Virus record (IMG/VR): IMGVR_UViG_3300042882_000260
Coordinates: 1 to 55,129 of that record
DNA length: 55,129 nucleotides
Strand: one strand, 5' to 3'
Source: a virus
Lineage: Duplodnaviria; Caudoviricetes
The notes below the pieces were generated by a model. The model made no database searches, was not told the origin of the DNA, and saw nothing but the letters and a program-made list of their open reading frames with translations. The stretch's first letter is position 1. Each line of letters begins with the position of its first letter. A program made the position numbers and the translations under genes. Positions 19,742 to 28,373 of the stretch are shown in pieces.

Positions 19742-19917
19742 ACCGCTTTACATGAAGCAAGCGCGTTTAAATAAGCAATTTGCCTTGGAAGAATAACGCT
19801 GCGTTTACTGAACTGCCACTCAAGGTATTCAACGCGTTTTTCCCAGCGCTCATCTTGGCGCTCTTTATGCCACTGTATTTCTGCGGGTGTTTGTATTTTT
19901 TTATTAAATATTGTCAT
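19738..19917 (-). CDS. Small hypothetical protein, convergent with internal protein 3
   Basis: SD AAGGAG; stop codons overlap in TTAA 19738-19741. Confidence 0.55.
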   Translation of the reverse strand: MTIFNKKIQTPAEIQWHKERQDERWEKRVEYLEWQFSKRSVILPRQIAYLNALASCKAV

Positions 19918-19978
19918 ATCTTTCTCCTTTTTCACCCCAAATGGCCGTAATGGCCATTTCTAGCGCGATAGACGTGTT

Positions 19979-20170
19979 TTAAGTTGTTTCTAATGCCGTA
20001 GCATTGCCGGTTAATAAATTATCGCTCGTACAGAGCTGTTTTCTGCCGATTTGTAAGAACACAACTGCCTGAATTGCAAAAAGTACCTCATAATCACTTT
20101 CGCTTAACTTTTCAGGTAATTCCATCCCAACAGATCGGCAGTCTTCGATTAGTTGTTGCAGATTATTCAT
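19979..20170 (-). CDS. Hypothetical protein
   Basis: ATGA-coupled to upstream ORF. Confidence 0.5.
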   Translation of the reverse strand: MNNLQQLIEDCRSVGMELPEKLSESDYEVLFAIQAVVFLQIGRKQLCTSDNLLTGNATALETT

Positions 20171-20319
20171 CCCAGGCTTTTCAGGTACTCGTCCGCTAAC
20201 GCGTTGGCCATATTAATAATACGCTCTGGGTAACGATCCGTTCCGTTGTTTAGCAGCTCAGGGTTACTGGCTAGGCTGTGCATAAAACTTAAAACTAACT
20301 CTTGTCTAGTTTGAGCCAT
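20167..20319 (-). CDS. Hypothetical protein (50 aa, MAQTRQELV...), not in ORF track
   Basis: SD AAGGAGG; coupled on both sides. Confidence 0.65.
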   Translation of the reverse strand: MAQTRQELVLSFMHSLASNPELLNNGTDRYPERIINMANALADEYLKSLG

Positions 20320-20548
20320 CTTCCGCCTCCTTTGCTAGGTCTTCCTCTAACTCTGCCTTGGCAGCCTGATCTTGCGCTTGCTTGGCCAACACGGCTTGCT
20401 GATGTAACGCTGCCTGCGCTAAGTGCACGGACGTCACCTCACGCTGCACTGACAAGACCGCAAACATCTCGTCTAGGTTAACACCCTCTTGATAAGCCTG
20501 GTGCATCGCGTTGGCGATTAATGTTGCTGCAGTTGTGTATCCACTCAT
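20306..20548 (-). CDS. Hypothetical protein
   Basis: SD AAGGAG; operon packing. Confidence 0.7.
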   Translation of the reverse strand: MSGYTTAATLIANAMHQAYQEGVNLDEMFAVLSVQREVTSVHLAQAALHQQAVLAKQAQDQAAKAELEEDLAKEAEDGSN

Positions 20549-20829
20549 TTTGTTTCTCCTTGTTTACGTTGTTGGGCTTTCAAAAGTAATTCACGTAGTT
20601 CTTTCATTTGTTCATCAGTCATAATCGTTCTCATGGTTAGTATTTCTTGTCTCAGGTCTAATATTATATGATGGTCCTCCTCCATCCTTTGCTTTAAATT
20701 TATGTCATACATGAGGGCTTGTACGTACTCACGGTTTTGATCTATAATTTTTGTCTGTCGAGCAATATGCGCAGTCATCCATTCTATTTCCTTGTCCTTA
20801 GCGGCACAGATGGGGCAAGGTTCAATCAT
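20545..20829 (-). CDS. Coiled-coil protein with N-terminal CPIC
   Basis: ATGA overlap; MIEPCPICAAKDKEIE. Confidence 0.6.
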   Translation of the reverse strand: MIEPCPICAAKDKEIEWMTAHIARQTKIIDQNREYVQALMYDINLKQRMEEDHHIILDLRQEILTMRTIMTDEQMKELRELLLKAQQRKQGETK

Positions 20830-21041
20830 ACCGTAGTCCCTATGTAGGTAGCCTTGCTGTCCTTGAATTGGACCTCCACGCTGCATGGTGACCCCTTAGT
20901 GTTGTTTACTAGTTCAAATATACCGTACGCCAGCGCGCTCAATAAAACAAAAAATAACACGGTGACAACTACAGCCTTGTCTCCACTTCTTGAGCAGTCG
21001 CAGTCACGGCCTTGGTTGCAATCCCCCTTAGTACATGGCAT
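20826..21041 (-). CDS. Small membrane protein with CxxxCNQGRxC N-terminus
   Basis: Cys motif plus TM segment; SD AAGGAG. Confidence 0.7.
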   Translation of the reverse strand: MPCTKGDCNQGRDCDCSRSGDKAVVVTVLFFVLLSALAYGIFELVNNTKGSPCSVEVQFKDSKATYIGTTV

Positions 21042-21223
21042 TATTTATCTCCTTGTTTAGACATTACGTGGCACTCAGGCTGATAGTTTACAATCTGCCA
21101 GTCGGTGCATACCCATTTGCCTGTGTTAGTTGGATTATTGTCGAGTATGGCTGCAATAAGCAGTGCTGTTCCAAGTGCACCCATAATGGCTCCTATTAAA
21201 CATGCATTAAACTCAGACATCAT
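21041..21223 (-). CDS. Small membrane protein
   Basis: N-terminal TM, Cys pair, SD AAGGGG. Confidence 0.6.
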   Translation of the reverse strand: MMSEFNACLIGAIMGALGTALLIAAILDNNPTNTGKWVCTDWQIVNYQPECHVMSKQGDK

Positions 21224-21359
21224 GCGTCCCCTTGTTTGCGTATATCGCAAGAACCACGTAGTAAGTAGCCACTTGGAAGTTGCCTTTCAGTGCATAGTAA
21301 ACACTGACAGTGATTGCTAGAAAGTCTACTACTGCCCAAATTATTTGATTAGTCTTCAT
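21213..21359 (-). CDS. Small membrane protein (48 aa, MKTNQIIW...), not in ORF track
   Basis: SD AAGGAG; two hydrophobic segments. Confidence 0.55.
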   Translation of the reverse strand: MKTNQIIWAVVDFLAITVSVYYALKGNFQVATYYVVLAIYANKGTHDV

Positions 21360-21403
21360 GCGTTCTTCTCCTTTAGGCTAAATTCAATTTTGCCTAGGTG
21401 TTT

Positions 21404-21757
21404 TTATTTAAGGCGTAATATTTCTACGTTGTCGGTATCTAAGTTGGTGTACGTGGTTAATGAACCATTACCCCAGCGCCTTGAGGCACAAGAGCAAGCC
21501 ACACTGCGCACCCGCTCTAGCCCGTAGCCGTTTGCTGGTATTTCTAACGCGTCACCAACATTCATTGATAGTAGGTACGGCTCTACATACTTAGTAACGG
21601 CACCGTATGGGTGGACCAACGGTCTACGCTTAATTTCTTCTTGAATCATCAAGTCGCCATAGCTTGTGCCGTCGGCAAGGATGATTTTGTACTGCGCATC
21701 CACGCCATCTAGAATAGTTAAAAGTTGTTCAATCTTTCTTAGTTGTATTTCTAACAT
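21404..21757 (-). CDS. Hypothetical protein, possibly DNA-binding
   Basis: SD AAGGA; MNVGDALEIP...VEILRLK tail. Confidence 0.65.
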   Translation of the reverse strand: MLEIQLRKIEQLLTILDGVDAQYKIILADGTSYGDLMIQEEIKRRPLVHPYGAVTKYVEPYLLSMNVGDALEIPANGYGLERVRSVACSCASRRWGNGSLTTYTNLDTDNVEILRLK

Positions 21758-21917
21758 TTTATTTTCCTTTTAATTTAATTTACTTTTAAAGTGCCACCGG
21801 TACACGTTTGGGCGACGCCCGTATTGCATCCTAGTACGAAAAACCGTGTACGCTAAGAATCTAACGTTATGTGGTAGGTGATCCCTGCGCATGCTAGTCA
21901 TGCGCGTCTTGGCATAC

Positions 21918-22097
21918 CTACGTCTGATCTGCATCTTTATCTACCTGGTTAAGCTCGTCGTCTGTCATCTCTAACACGTCAATCCATGTAGGCTCTTCAG
22001 ACTTACGAAAGATTGCGTCAAAGTTATCGTCAAAAGATTTAGACTTCTTCTTGGTGATTATCTTGTCACCAGTAATTGGGTTACGGTTATTGGCCAT
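21918..22097 (-). CDS. Hypothetical protein (59 aa, MANNRNPITGD...)
   Basis: NPITGDKIITK...FDDNFDAIF pattern; overlaps upstream stop. Confidence 0.6.
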   Translation of the reverse strand: MANNRNPITGDKIITKKKSKSFDDNFDAIFRKSEEPTWIDVLEMTDDELNQVDKDADQT

Positions 22098-22464
22098 TTA
22101 GTATCCCCTTAATTCTTCTGCCCTTGGGCGGTTCAATGTCTGTGTACCCCATACGAAGGCCAAGCTGCAAGTTGCCAACGTACTGCTCTGGAATGATCAC
22201 CGGATCAATCTTGTTAGAGCGCTCCTTGCTTTCGTCTTTCGTTACAGAGTAGTAGGTGTTCCTACCCACGCCGTACTTAAACACCATCCCCTCGGAAACA
22301 AGCATCTGCATGCTGTATTGAATGTCAGACCGGCTAAAGCCTTGGTCCATTAAACTTCTACCGCTACGGTTAGCTATCAGCAACTCTGCGTAAAGGGCCA
22401 TCCGCACCTTAGCTAGGTCTTCAGACGACGATATAGACTTAATAAACGAGGCTACATTATCCAT
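22087..22464 (-). CDS. Hypothetical protein, possible winged helix
   Basis: SRSDIQYSMQMLVSEGMVFKYGVGRNTYY resembles helix plus wing. Confidence 0.55.
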   Translation of the reverse strand: MDNVASFIKSISSSEDLAKVRMALYAELLIANRSGRSLMDQGFSRSDIQYSMQMLVSEGMVFKYGVGRNTYYSVTKDESKERSNKIDPVIIPEQYVGNLQLGLRMGYTDIEPPKGRRIKGILNGQ

Positions 22465-22628
22465 AGCAGCGCGCCCAAGGCGACCAAGCAAACCATAATC
22501 CAGCGGCCGGTGTAAAGGCGTAAGTGATCTGCATCCCAGTGGTCTTCCTCTACGAACGTTGCGCCTGACCACTCGTCCTGGTGGTTGAAGTGGTAGTTGC
22601 TCTTATCCCACGGCTCACGGTAGTTCAT
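22452..22628 (-). CDS. Small protein with C-terminal TM (58 aa)
   Basis: SD GAGGAG; operon packing. Confidence 0.55.
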   Translation of the reverse strand: MNYREPWDKSNYHFNHQDEWSGATFVEEDHWDADHLRLYTGRWIMVCLVALGALLWIM

Positions 22629-22794
22629 TTAGTTTCTCCTCAAGCGCCTTAACACGGTGATCTAAGTTCTGCACTATGTTAATTAATACGCCAATGTTGT
22701 TGTGTATGCCATTCATTATGGCGTCCTGTTTTTCTTTCTCGGTCATTCCTGCACCTACGTGTTCCATCTGTTTAACGTAATCAATCTGTACCAT
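22615..22794 (-). CDS. Small coiled-coil protein (59 aa)
   Basis: Open frame with coupled overlaps. Confidence 0.5.
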   Translation of the reverse strand: MVQIDYVKQMEHVGAGMTEKEKQDAIMNGIHNNIGVLINIVQNLDHRVKALEEKLNELP

Positions 22795-22897
22795 TTTCTT
22801 TGTCCCTTTGCGCCATGCGCATCTCTAGTTGTTCAAACTCTTTACGAGCCTCTTGTATTTGACGGATAATTTCTGCTAACTGTTCGTTAAGATCCAT
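22781..22897 (-). CDS. Small coiled-coil protein (38 aa)
   Basis: MDLNEQLAEIIRQIQEARKEFEQLE; fills operon gap. Confidence 0.45.
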   Translation of the reverse strand: MDLNEQLAEIIRQIQEARKEFEQLEMRMAQRDKENGTD

Positions 22898-22907
22898 GTC
22901 GGCCCAC

Positions 22908-23225
22908 CTATTGCGTTAAATTATTCATGCTGCGCCAAGCGTTGACGTAAGCAGAAATGTTATTGCTGGTAGCAAGCTCTTCCAATGTTGCTGACTTAAG
23001 TAGTAACTTGCCATTAACAAGTTGCGTTGCGTATGCCCCACTAAATGTTTTTGGGCGATCAGTACGTGCACGATAACTAAATGTGTCAGTCTGTTTGCGT
23101 AATGTTTTAATGCCTTTGATCTTACAAAGCTCTTCAAAGGTAACTTCTTTATACTCTTCAGTTATCTTGCCGTAATAGTCTTCAAAGCGACCAACAAGTA
23201 TTTTAAATTTTGATTTAATTGTCAT
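22908..23225 (-). CDS. Hypothetical protein (AT-rich)
   Basis: SD AAGGGG. Confidence 0.6.
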   Translation of the reverse strand: MTIKSKFKILVGRFEDYYGKITEEYKEVTFEELCKIKGIKTLRKQTDTFSYRARTDRPKTFSGAYATQLVNGKLLLKSATLEELATSNNISAYVNAWRSMNNLTQ

Positions 23226-23235
23226 GTCAATCCCC

Positions 23236-23667
23236 TTACTTAATGTGTACGATTTGAAGTTTACCAAGCTCGCGCAACGCTTTAAACTCTAGCATGTTTT
23301 CCAATAGGTTAACTGCTGTGTTTTTGTAAGGCTTGTCCCAACGGCCGACGTTGATGTCGATATAAAACGCGGTGTTGAAGTAGTCTGTCATTGCGTCTGA
23401 GTTGTCGTACCAGTCGCCGGTATTTTTGATGGTGTTTAGTACGTGGTTTAAGAATAACCTCGCCTTACCAGTATGGTTCTTGTCTATGTGGTAAACATTG
23501 ACTTGTGTGTAATCGGAACCGAAGTCAATGTCACCGGCGGAAATGTTTACAACCAAGGTTGACTTGTTAGAACTGCGAGCGATCGTAGCCTTAACACCGT
23601 AACTTTTAAATATAGGTTTTAATGCTGCACTAATGTTTAATTTTGTTTCGTTTGATACATAAGCCAT
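23236..23667 (-). CDS. LPD25/LPD29-like early protein
   Basis: WYDNSDAMTDYFNTAFY motif; first gene behind an early promoter. Confidence 0.6.
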   Translation of the reverse strand: MAYVSNETKLNISAALKPIFKSYGVKATIARSSNKSTLVVNISAGDIDFGSDYTQVNVYHIDKNHTGKARLFLNHVLNTIKNTGDWYDNSDAMTDYFNTAFYIDINVGRWDKPYKNTAVNLLENMLEFKALRELGKLQIVHIK

Positions 23668-23696
23668 TTTTAATTCTCCTTTTACTTTTAACCTTA

Positions 23697-23760
23697 TATT
23701 GTGTTGCCCAACCACAAAAACGATTATACAGAGTGTTGAGGGAAACGCAACACTTATTTT
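23697..23760 (-). promoter_or_regulatory. Early sigma70 promoter/operator element, copy 1
   Basis: TTGCGT-16bp-TATAAT on minus strand; palindrome AGTGTTG-N9-CAACACT 23732-23754. Confidence 0.8.
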
Positions 23761-25094
23761 TGTACTTTTAACGCATTTAGTAAATTATTTTGTACGGCAC
23801 CCTTCAAACTCAGTACTGACACCACTCGCTCGTCTATTGTACCGCTAGCGATGATGTGAATAATTCGTACTGGGCGCTGCTGACCTTGCCTGTGCAGCCG
23901 CGCGTTGAACTGCTGGTAGTGCCCAAGTGACCACGTCAAGCCAAACCAAACAGCCAGGCAGCCACCGTCTTGTAAGTTTAGCCCGTGCCCAGCAGACTGC
24001 GGATGCGCAAACATTAGCTTAATCTTACCCTGCTGCCAACGCACGACGGTGTTGGGGTCCTTGTCTAACGCGACGCCACTAGGGAAGCGCTGCTGCAGCT
24101 TGGCTAGGTCGTGCTTAAAGTTGTACGCGACCAGGATGTTCTCACCGCTGTTGTTCTCAATGATCTCGGCTAGGGCGTCAAGCTTAACGTTGTGAATGTT
24201 CGTCCAGTTGTGGTGCTCGTCGGTGTAGATGGCCCCGTTGGCGTACTGCAGTAACTTGCCGGCTAACACGGCCGCATTCATGGCCTCAATCTCTTCGCCG
24301 TCTGGCAGCGTCGCCAGTAGCGTGGTCTCGAAGTCCTTGTACTCACGCAGCGTGGCCGGTGGTAAGTCTACGGCCTCGACCAAACTTATCCGATCAGGCA
24401 GCTCAAGGTAGTCATCACTGCTCATGCTCAACACCTTGTCCCTAAGCAGGGCGTGTATCTTACCGGCGCTACCCTCACGCAGTGTGAAGTTGTAGCCCAT
24501 GTAGTCCTTCTCGAAGAACCGGTCCTTGTAGGATGTCATCGTCCTACCTAGGCGCTCACCGAAGTCAATCAGGTACATCTGCGCCCAGACATCGAGTAGA
24601 CCATTGGGTGACGGGGTACCTGACAGTAAGACCATGTGCGTTGTGTCTGGTAGTACCTTGCGTAGCGCCCTAAAGCGCTTAGAGCTAGCGTTCTTGAACG
24701 AGTCGGACTCGTCGACCACCACGCAATCAAAGCGCCACTTCTTCTGCGACTTGACTAGCCACTCGACGTTCTCACGGTTAATCACGAAGACGTCCGCGTC
24801 TTGCATAAGCGCCGTCAGCCGTTGCCGCTCGTTGCCCGTGCAGACACTAATCTTTAAGTGCTTGGTGTGCTCCCACAGCTCGGCCTCTTGCGCCCAGACA
24901 CTGTTGGCCACCCGCAGTGGTGCGATGATTAGGGTCTTGTGTATCGTGAACGAGTCTATCAAGTCGTTGACGGCCGTCAGCGTTGAGATGGTCTTGCCTA
25001 GACCCATCGAGATGGCTAGCAGGCAGCGCTTCTGCTGCTTGATAAAATTAATCGCGTGTAACTGGTACTGGTGTAGATCACTCAGGGAACGCAT
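23754..25094 (-). CDS. SNF2-family helicase
   Basis: MGLGKT, VVDES, LSGTP, GHGLNLQ, QFNARLHRQGQ motifs. Confidence 0.92.
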   Translation of the reverse strand: MRSLSDLHQYQLHAINFIKQQKRCLLAISMGLGKTISTLTAVNDLIDSFTIHKTLIIAPLRVANSVWAQEAELWEHTKHLKISVCTGNERQRLTALMQDADVFVINRENVEWLVKSQKKWRFDCVVVDESDSFKNASSKRFRALRKVLPDTTHMVLLSGTPSPNGLLDVWAQMYLIDFGERLGRTMTSYKDRFFEKDYMGYNFTLREGSAGKIHALLRDKVLSMSSDDYLELPDRISLVEAVDLPPATLREYKDFETTLLATLPDGEEIEAMNAAVLAGKLLQYANGAIYTDEHHNWTNIHNVKLDALAEIIENNSGENILVAYNFKHDLAKLQQRFPSGVALDKDPNTVVRWQQGKIKLMFAHPQSAGHGLNLQDGGCLAVWFGLTWSLGHYQQFNARLHRQGQQRPVRIIHIIASGTIDERVVSVLSLKGAVQNNLLNALKVQK

Positions 25095-25344
25095 CGACCT
25101 GCTCCATAGTAGAGATAACCCTGACGTCGCAACCAAGTGCTCGCCGATTGACATGATCGCGTAACTGAAACGGTGTGGCTAGTGCACCCGGTCGCTTACA
25201 CTCAACAAAGATAATACGACCACCAGGTAGTGTGACAATCCGATCAGGGACACCTCGCTTGTTTGGCGAGGTGAACTTCTCACACGTACCTCCGAGTGAC
25301 TTAACCTTAACCACCAACGCCCTCTCTATGTCACGCTCTAGCAT
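25078..25344 (-). CDS. VRR-NUC nuclease
   Basis: ERDIE...GVPDRIV...FVECK...Q motif. Confidence 0.88.
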   Translation of the reverse strand: MLERDIERALVVKVKSLGGTCEKFTSPNKRGVPDRIVTLPGGRIIFVECKRPGALATPFQLRDHVNRRALGCDVRVISTMEQVDAFPE

Positions 25345-25944
25345 TTTGTAACCTTTCAATTAAAATCTGTAACTACGAGCCACGGTTATGGCCTTATCCC
25401 AATCGTTAGGATCAACACCTAATATCTGAAAAGTATTATCAGACCACTGGTCATCAATAACATCTATATAATTTAATTCACCAAATATTAAACATCCCCA
25501 TTTTTGTATATTTAAATTAGCACAGTGTTTATCCAAATATTTTGCTTTTTTTAATCCAACAACATCGTTTGTGTCCCCTTTTACTTCAACAAACCAATCA
25601 TAATTAGGCTTAATTATTTTTATGTTGTCCCATCCCTTTTCATGTAATGCTTCCATCTCATCAAATGAAGCGGTACGTTTTATTTTTTCATATTCTGCAA
25701 CAATTTCTTCAAGTTCTTCAACACTACGCGCTACTGCCATATCTCTATCTCCAAATGCTTTTATTTCAAAATCAGGAAGATACCAACCCAATTCGCCTAA
25801 ATCATATCCTTCATTTTCATATAAATATTTAATACCTAAAGTATCAAAAAAGACAGCCCACCTTGCCTCAAGCCTACTTCTAAAATGATAACCGTTGTAT
25901 TTTGTTTGTATTGCCTTAATATCACGCTCTAGCATTTTATAACC
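25331..25944. repeat. 23-bp direct repeats flanking the nuclease gene
   Basis: TCACGCTCTAGCATTTT[G/A]TAACC at 25331-25353 and 25922-25944 (22/23 identical). Confidence 0.9.
25360..25935 (-). CDS. PD-(D/E)XK nuclease, AT-rich insertion
   Basis: FRSRLEARWAVFFD...YLPDF...FVEVKG. Confidence 0.75.
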   Translation of the reverse strand: MLERDIKAIQTKYNGYHFRSRLEARWAVFFDTLGIKYLYENEGYDLGELGWYLPDFEIKAFGDRDMAVARSVEELEEIVAEYEKIKRTASFDEMEALHEKGWDNIKIIKPNYDWFVEVKGDTNDVVGLKKAKYLDKHCANLNIQKWGCLIFGELNYIDVIDDQWSDNTFQILGVDPNDWDKAITVARSYRF

Positions 25945-27706
25945 CCACCTCACATAAAAGTTTCTCAGCCTCAACCAGGTAGTAGTTGTAGTCAACGTCC
26001 GTTGGGAACGTGTCTGGCAACTCCATCAATGGTCGCGCACCCGCTGAGTTCGGTACGCGGTTACTGTTACTAGCGTAGTGTATACACTGCGCACTTGGTA
26101 CGGCATTGCTGTGATAGAACCTCACCGCCTTACCTAGGTACTGCCCTTGCCACGTAGCGCCACCCTGGACGCGTCGTATGGTAATGAACTGCGTGATGTC
26201 ACGGCAGTTGCGTATCGTTATCTCTAGCGGGATCTCGTGGGCAACGTACTGGGCCACCGCGTGGGCGATGATCGGGTCGTCTGGGTTCTTAGCTAGGCTA
26301 GTGCTAGCGAAGACGCCCTTGCCCTTGGTCTTGCCGTCTAGCTTAACGGCCACGTAGCTGTTAACGTCACGGCTGGCCAGTGCTCGGTAGTCTGTTCGCT
26401 CTAAATCGAACGAGGTGCGTAGCATCCAGTCGAACGCCACCACCTCAATCTTGTGCTCTAGCTTGCGTGGGCACAGGATCACCACGCCGTCGGTGTTGGC
26501 GCTGACTACCCTGGCGCCCGCTAGCTCTACGGCCTCGATCAGCATAAGCAGCGCAAGCTGGCCGGTGATGGTTGTCTGTATCAGTAGCTCTGGCGCGAAC
26601 AGCGCGCTGTACTTACTGCCAAGCTTACCAAAGCTGCCGTTGACGGCAATCTTAAGCACGTCGGCCGTTACCTTGTCGCCACGGTGCTTGGCCTCTAGGC
26701 GCCTGGTGACTATTGTCTGGTACACGCGCAAGAACGGCGCGCCCATGCTCTTAGGCGCCAACCGCTGCTGCAGGATAATGTTCGGGTAGTAGCTGGCCAC
26801 GTCTAGCTCTAGCAGTATGTTCTCGTCGTCTGCCTTGATGTACTGCGACTTCTCGCAGCTGTGCAGGCCACCGATGCCCATCTGATACTCGGCCGTGCCG
26901 ATCTTAATCTTAGTGTTGCGTAGCCAGTCCGGCATCTGCACCGCGCCGTTCAACCCTAGCGTGAACTTGTGCTCGCACAGGCTGTTGATCAGTAGGTTAA
27001 GCGCCGTGTCGGTGAAGTTAACAATCTTAGGGTCGGTGTAGTTAAAGGTCGTGTTGTCCTTCAGCGTTACCTTACCGTAGCCCTCGTTCGTGATCTTGGT
27101 CAGCTCGCTGATGATCACCGTCTCGGCAATCTGCGCATCGCTCTTACTGCGTAGGTCCATGCCGTACTGCTTGCTCATTGTGACGCGCAGGTCAATCTGC
27201 GGCTTCAGCGCCTTGTACAGCATGGCCGTCGTGTGTAGGTCGTTCTCGCAGTACTGGCGTAGCTCAGCGCGTTGGCTTGGGGATATTCTGCTGCTTGGGT
27301 CAATCGGTAGGTCTTGCATCTTAGGGGCGTTCATGCGGCCGCCGTAGATCTTAAGGCTAGAGCGCCCAGGGGCGACCTCGATTAGGTCAATGTGGTCTGT
27401 CTTTAGTAGCTCAAACTTATGCGCACGCAGTATCGTCCAGCTCGGCTGGTTGCTCTTAATGATACTGTCGGATAGGTCTTTAATCTTTTGGTTGGTGTAG
27501 CCAGCTAGGGCTGCACTGATAATAGGTATGTCGTAGCTGTTGCCGTTGAAGCTGATAACGGTCTCTGTCTTAAACAGTGCCGTGATTTTATTTACATCAA
27601 GCTTGGCGTCTGCGTGAAATTCAAAGTGACGGATCTTGCCATCATCTAAGCGCAGCATCGAGAGTAGAAAATAATCCGAGTAGACCTCGGTATCGATTAT
27701 AAACAT
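25937..27706 (-). CDS. Family B DNA polymerase with 3'-5' exonuclease domain
   Basis: DTE and FNGNSYD exonuclease motifs; DVASYYP, KIAVNGSFGK, NTDG polymerase motifs. Confidence 0.9.
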   Translation of the reverse strand: MFIIDTEVYSDYFLLSMLRLDDGKIRHFEFHADAKLDVNKITALFKTETVISFNGNSYDIPIISAALAGYTNQKIKDLSDSIIKSNQPSWTILRAHKFELLKTDHIDLIEVAPGRSSLKIYGGRMNAPKMQDLPIDPSSRISPSQRAELRQYCENDLHTTAMLYKALKPQIDLRVTMSKQYGMDLRSKSDAQIAETVIISELTKITNEGYGKVTLKDNTTFNYTDPKIVNFTDTALNLLINSLCEHKFTLGLNGAVQMPDWLRNTKIKIGTAEYQMGIGGLHSCEKSQYIKADDENILLELDVASYYPNIILQQRLAPKSMGAPFLRVYQTIVTRRLEAKHRGDKVTADVLKIAVNGSFGKLGSKYSALFAPELLIQTTITGQLALLMLIEAVELAGARVVSANTDGVVILCPRKLEHKIEVVAFDWMLRTSFDLERTDYRALASRDVNSYVAVKLDGKTKGKGVFASTSLAKNPDDPIIAHAVAQYVAHEIPLEITIRNCRDITQFITIRRVQGGATWQGQYLGKAVRFYHSNAVPSAQCIHYASNSNRVPNSAGARPLMELPDTFPTDVDYNYYLVEAEKLLCEVGL

Positions 27707-27726
27707 TAAGGGGTGGCCTTTTAGTT

Positions 27727-27752
27727 AAAACGCCCCTCAGCATCGAGGGGCG
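27727..27752 (-). terminator. Intrinsic terminator between SSB and polB
   Basis: CGCCCCTC/GAGGGGCG stem followed by TTTT on the minus strand. Confidence 0.7.
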
Positions 27753-27771
27753 GTGTTACATGTAACGCGTA

Positions 27772-28287
27772 TTAAAAGTCTTCGTCGATCACATCAAAGT
27801 CATCTACTCCAACACTCGTACCGCCGTCACCGAACGGTTCACCGTCACCGGCAAATTGAACGGCCAACAGGTTAGCGTTGATACGCTTACCAAAGCCATT
27901 GTCCTGTGCCCAAAGCTCGATTATTGCGTTGACGTAGCAACCAGCGTAGAAAACATTGTCGTCTTCTGTTACTGGTGACTTGTCCTTGCCGATAACCAAC
28001 GGACGTTTGCCGTTAGCGCCCTTGATACTAAAGTGACCGGCGTACCCGTCGTAGTCAATCTCGTCGCCATCCTTAAGGCAGATCTTGTCGGCGCCAAGCT
28101 TAGCACCTTTTAAGTCTGTCTTAACTTTCTCAGCGATTGCAGACTGAATCTCGGCGATTGTTTCCGCGTGTGTCTTTTTGTTTAGTAGGAAGGTTGCCTC
28201 GTACTTAGTTTCGTTGCCTTGGAAAGACGCCTTGTGAAACAGTGAGGGGAATGATAGTCGTACATTTTTAAGTTTAATTTGAGACAT
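27772..28287 (-). CDS. ssDNA-binding protein (DUF2815/gp2.5-like)
   Basis: NVRLSFP, FYAGCYVNA, DGEPFG, acidic tail ending in F. Confidence 0.88.
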   Translation of the reverse strand: MSQIKLKNVRLSFPSLFHKASFQGNETKYEATFLLNKKTHAETIAEIQSAIAEKVKTDLKGAKLGADKICLKDGDEIDYDGYAGHFSIKGANGKRPLVIGKDKSPVTEDDNVFYAGCYVNAIIELWAQDNGFGKRINANLLAVQFAGDGEPFGDGGTSVGVDDFDVIDEDF

Positions 28288-28344
28288 TTTACTTTTTCCT
28301 TTTTACGTTTGAAGTTTATTGTGCCTAGACTGCGCACAAAAAGA

Positions 28345-28373
28345 ATATTAGCACAGCTAATTAATTAAGTCAA
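28345..28373 (-). promoter_or_regulatory. Promoter for SSB-polB with overlapping operator
   Basis: TTGACT-17bp-TAATAT with TGn extension; palindrome ATTAGC-ACA-GCTAAT. Confidence 0.75.

Noticed and set aside
21770-21934. Possible 54-aa Arg-rich ORF on the minus strand
   Set aside because: Fills a gap but has a weak RBS and no recognisable features; not listed as a feature
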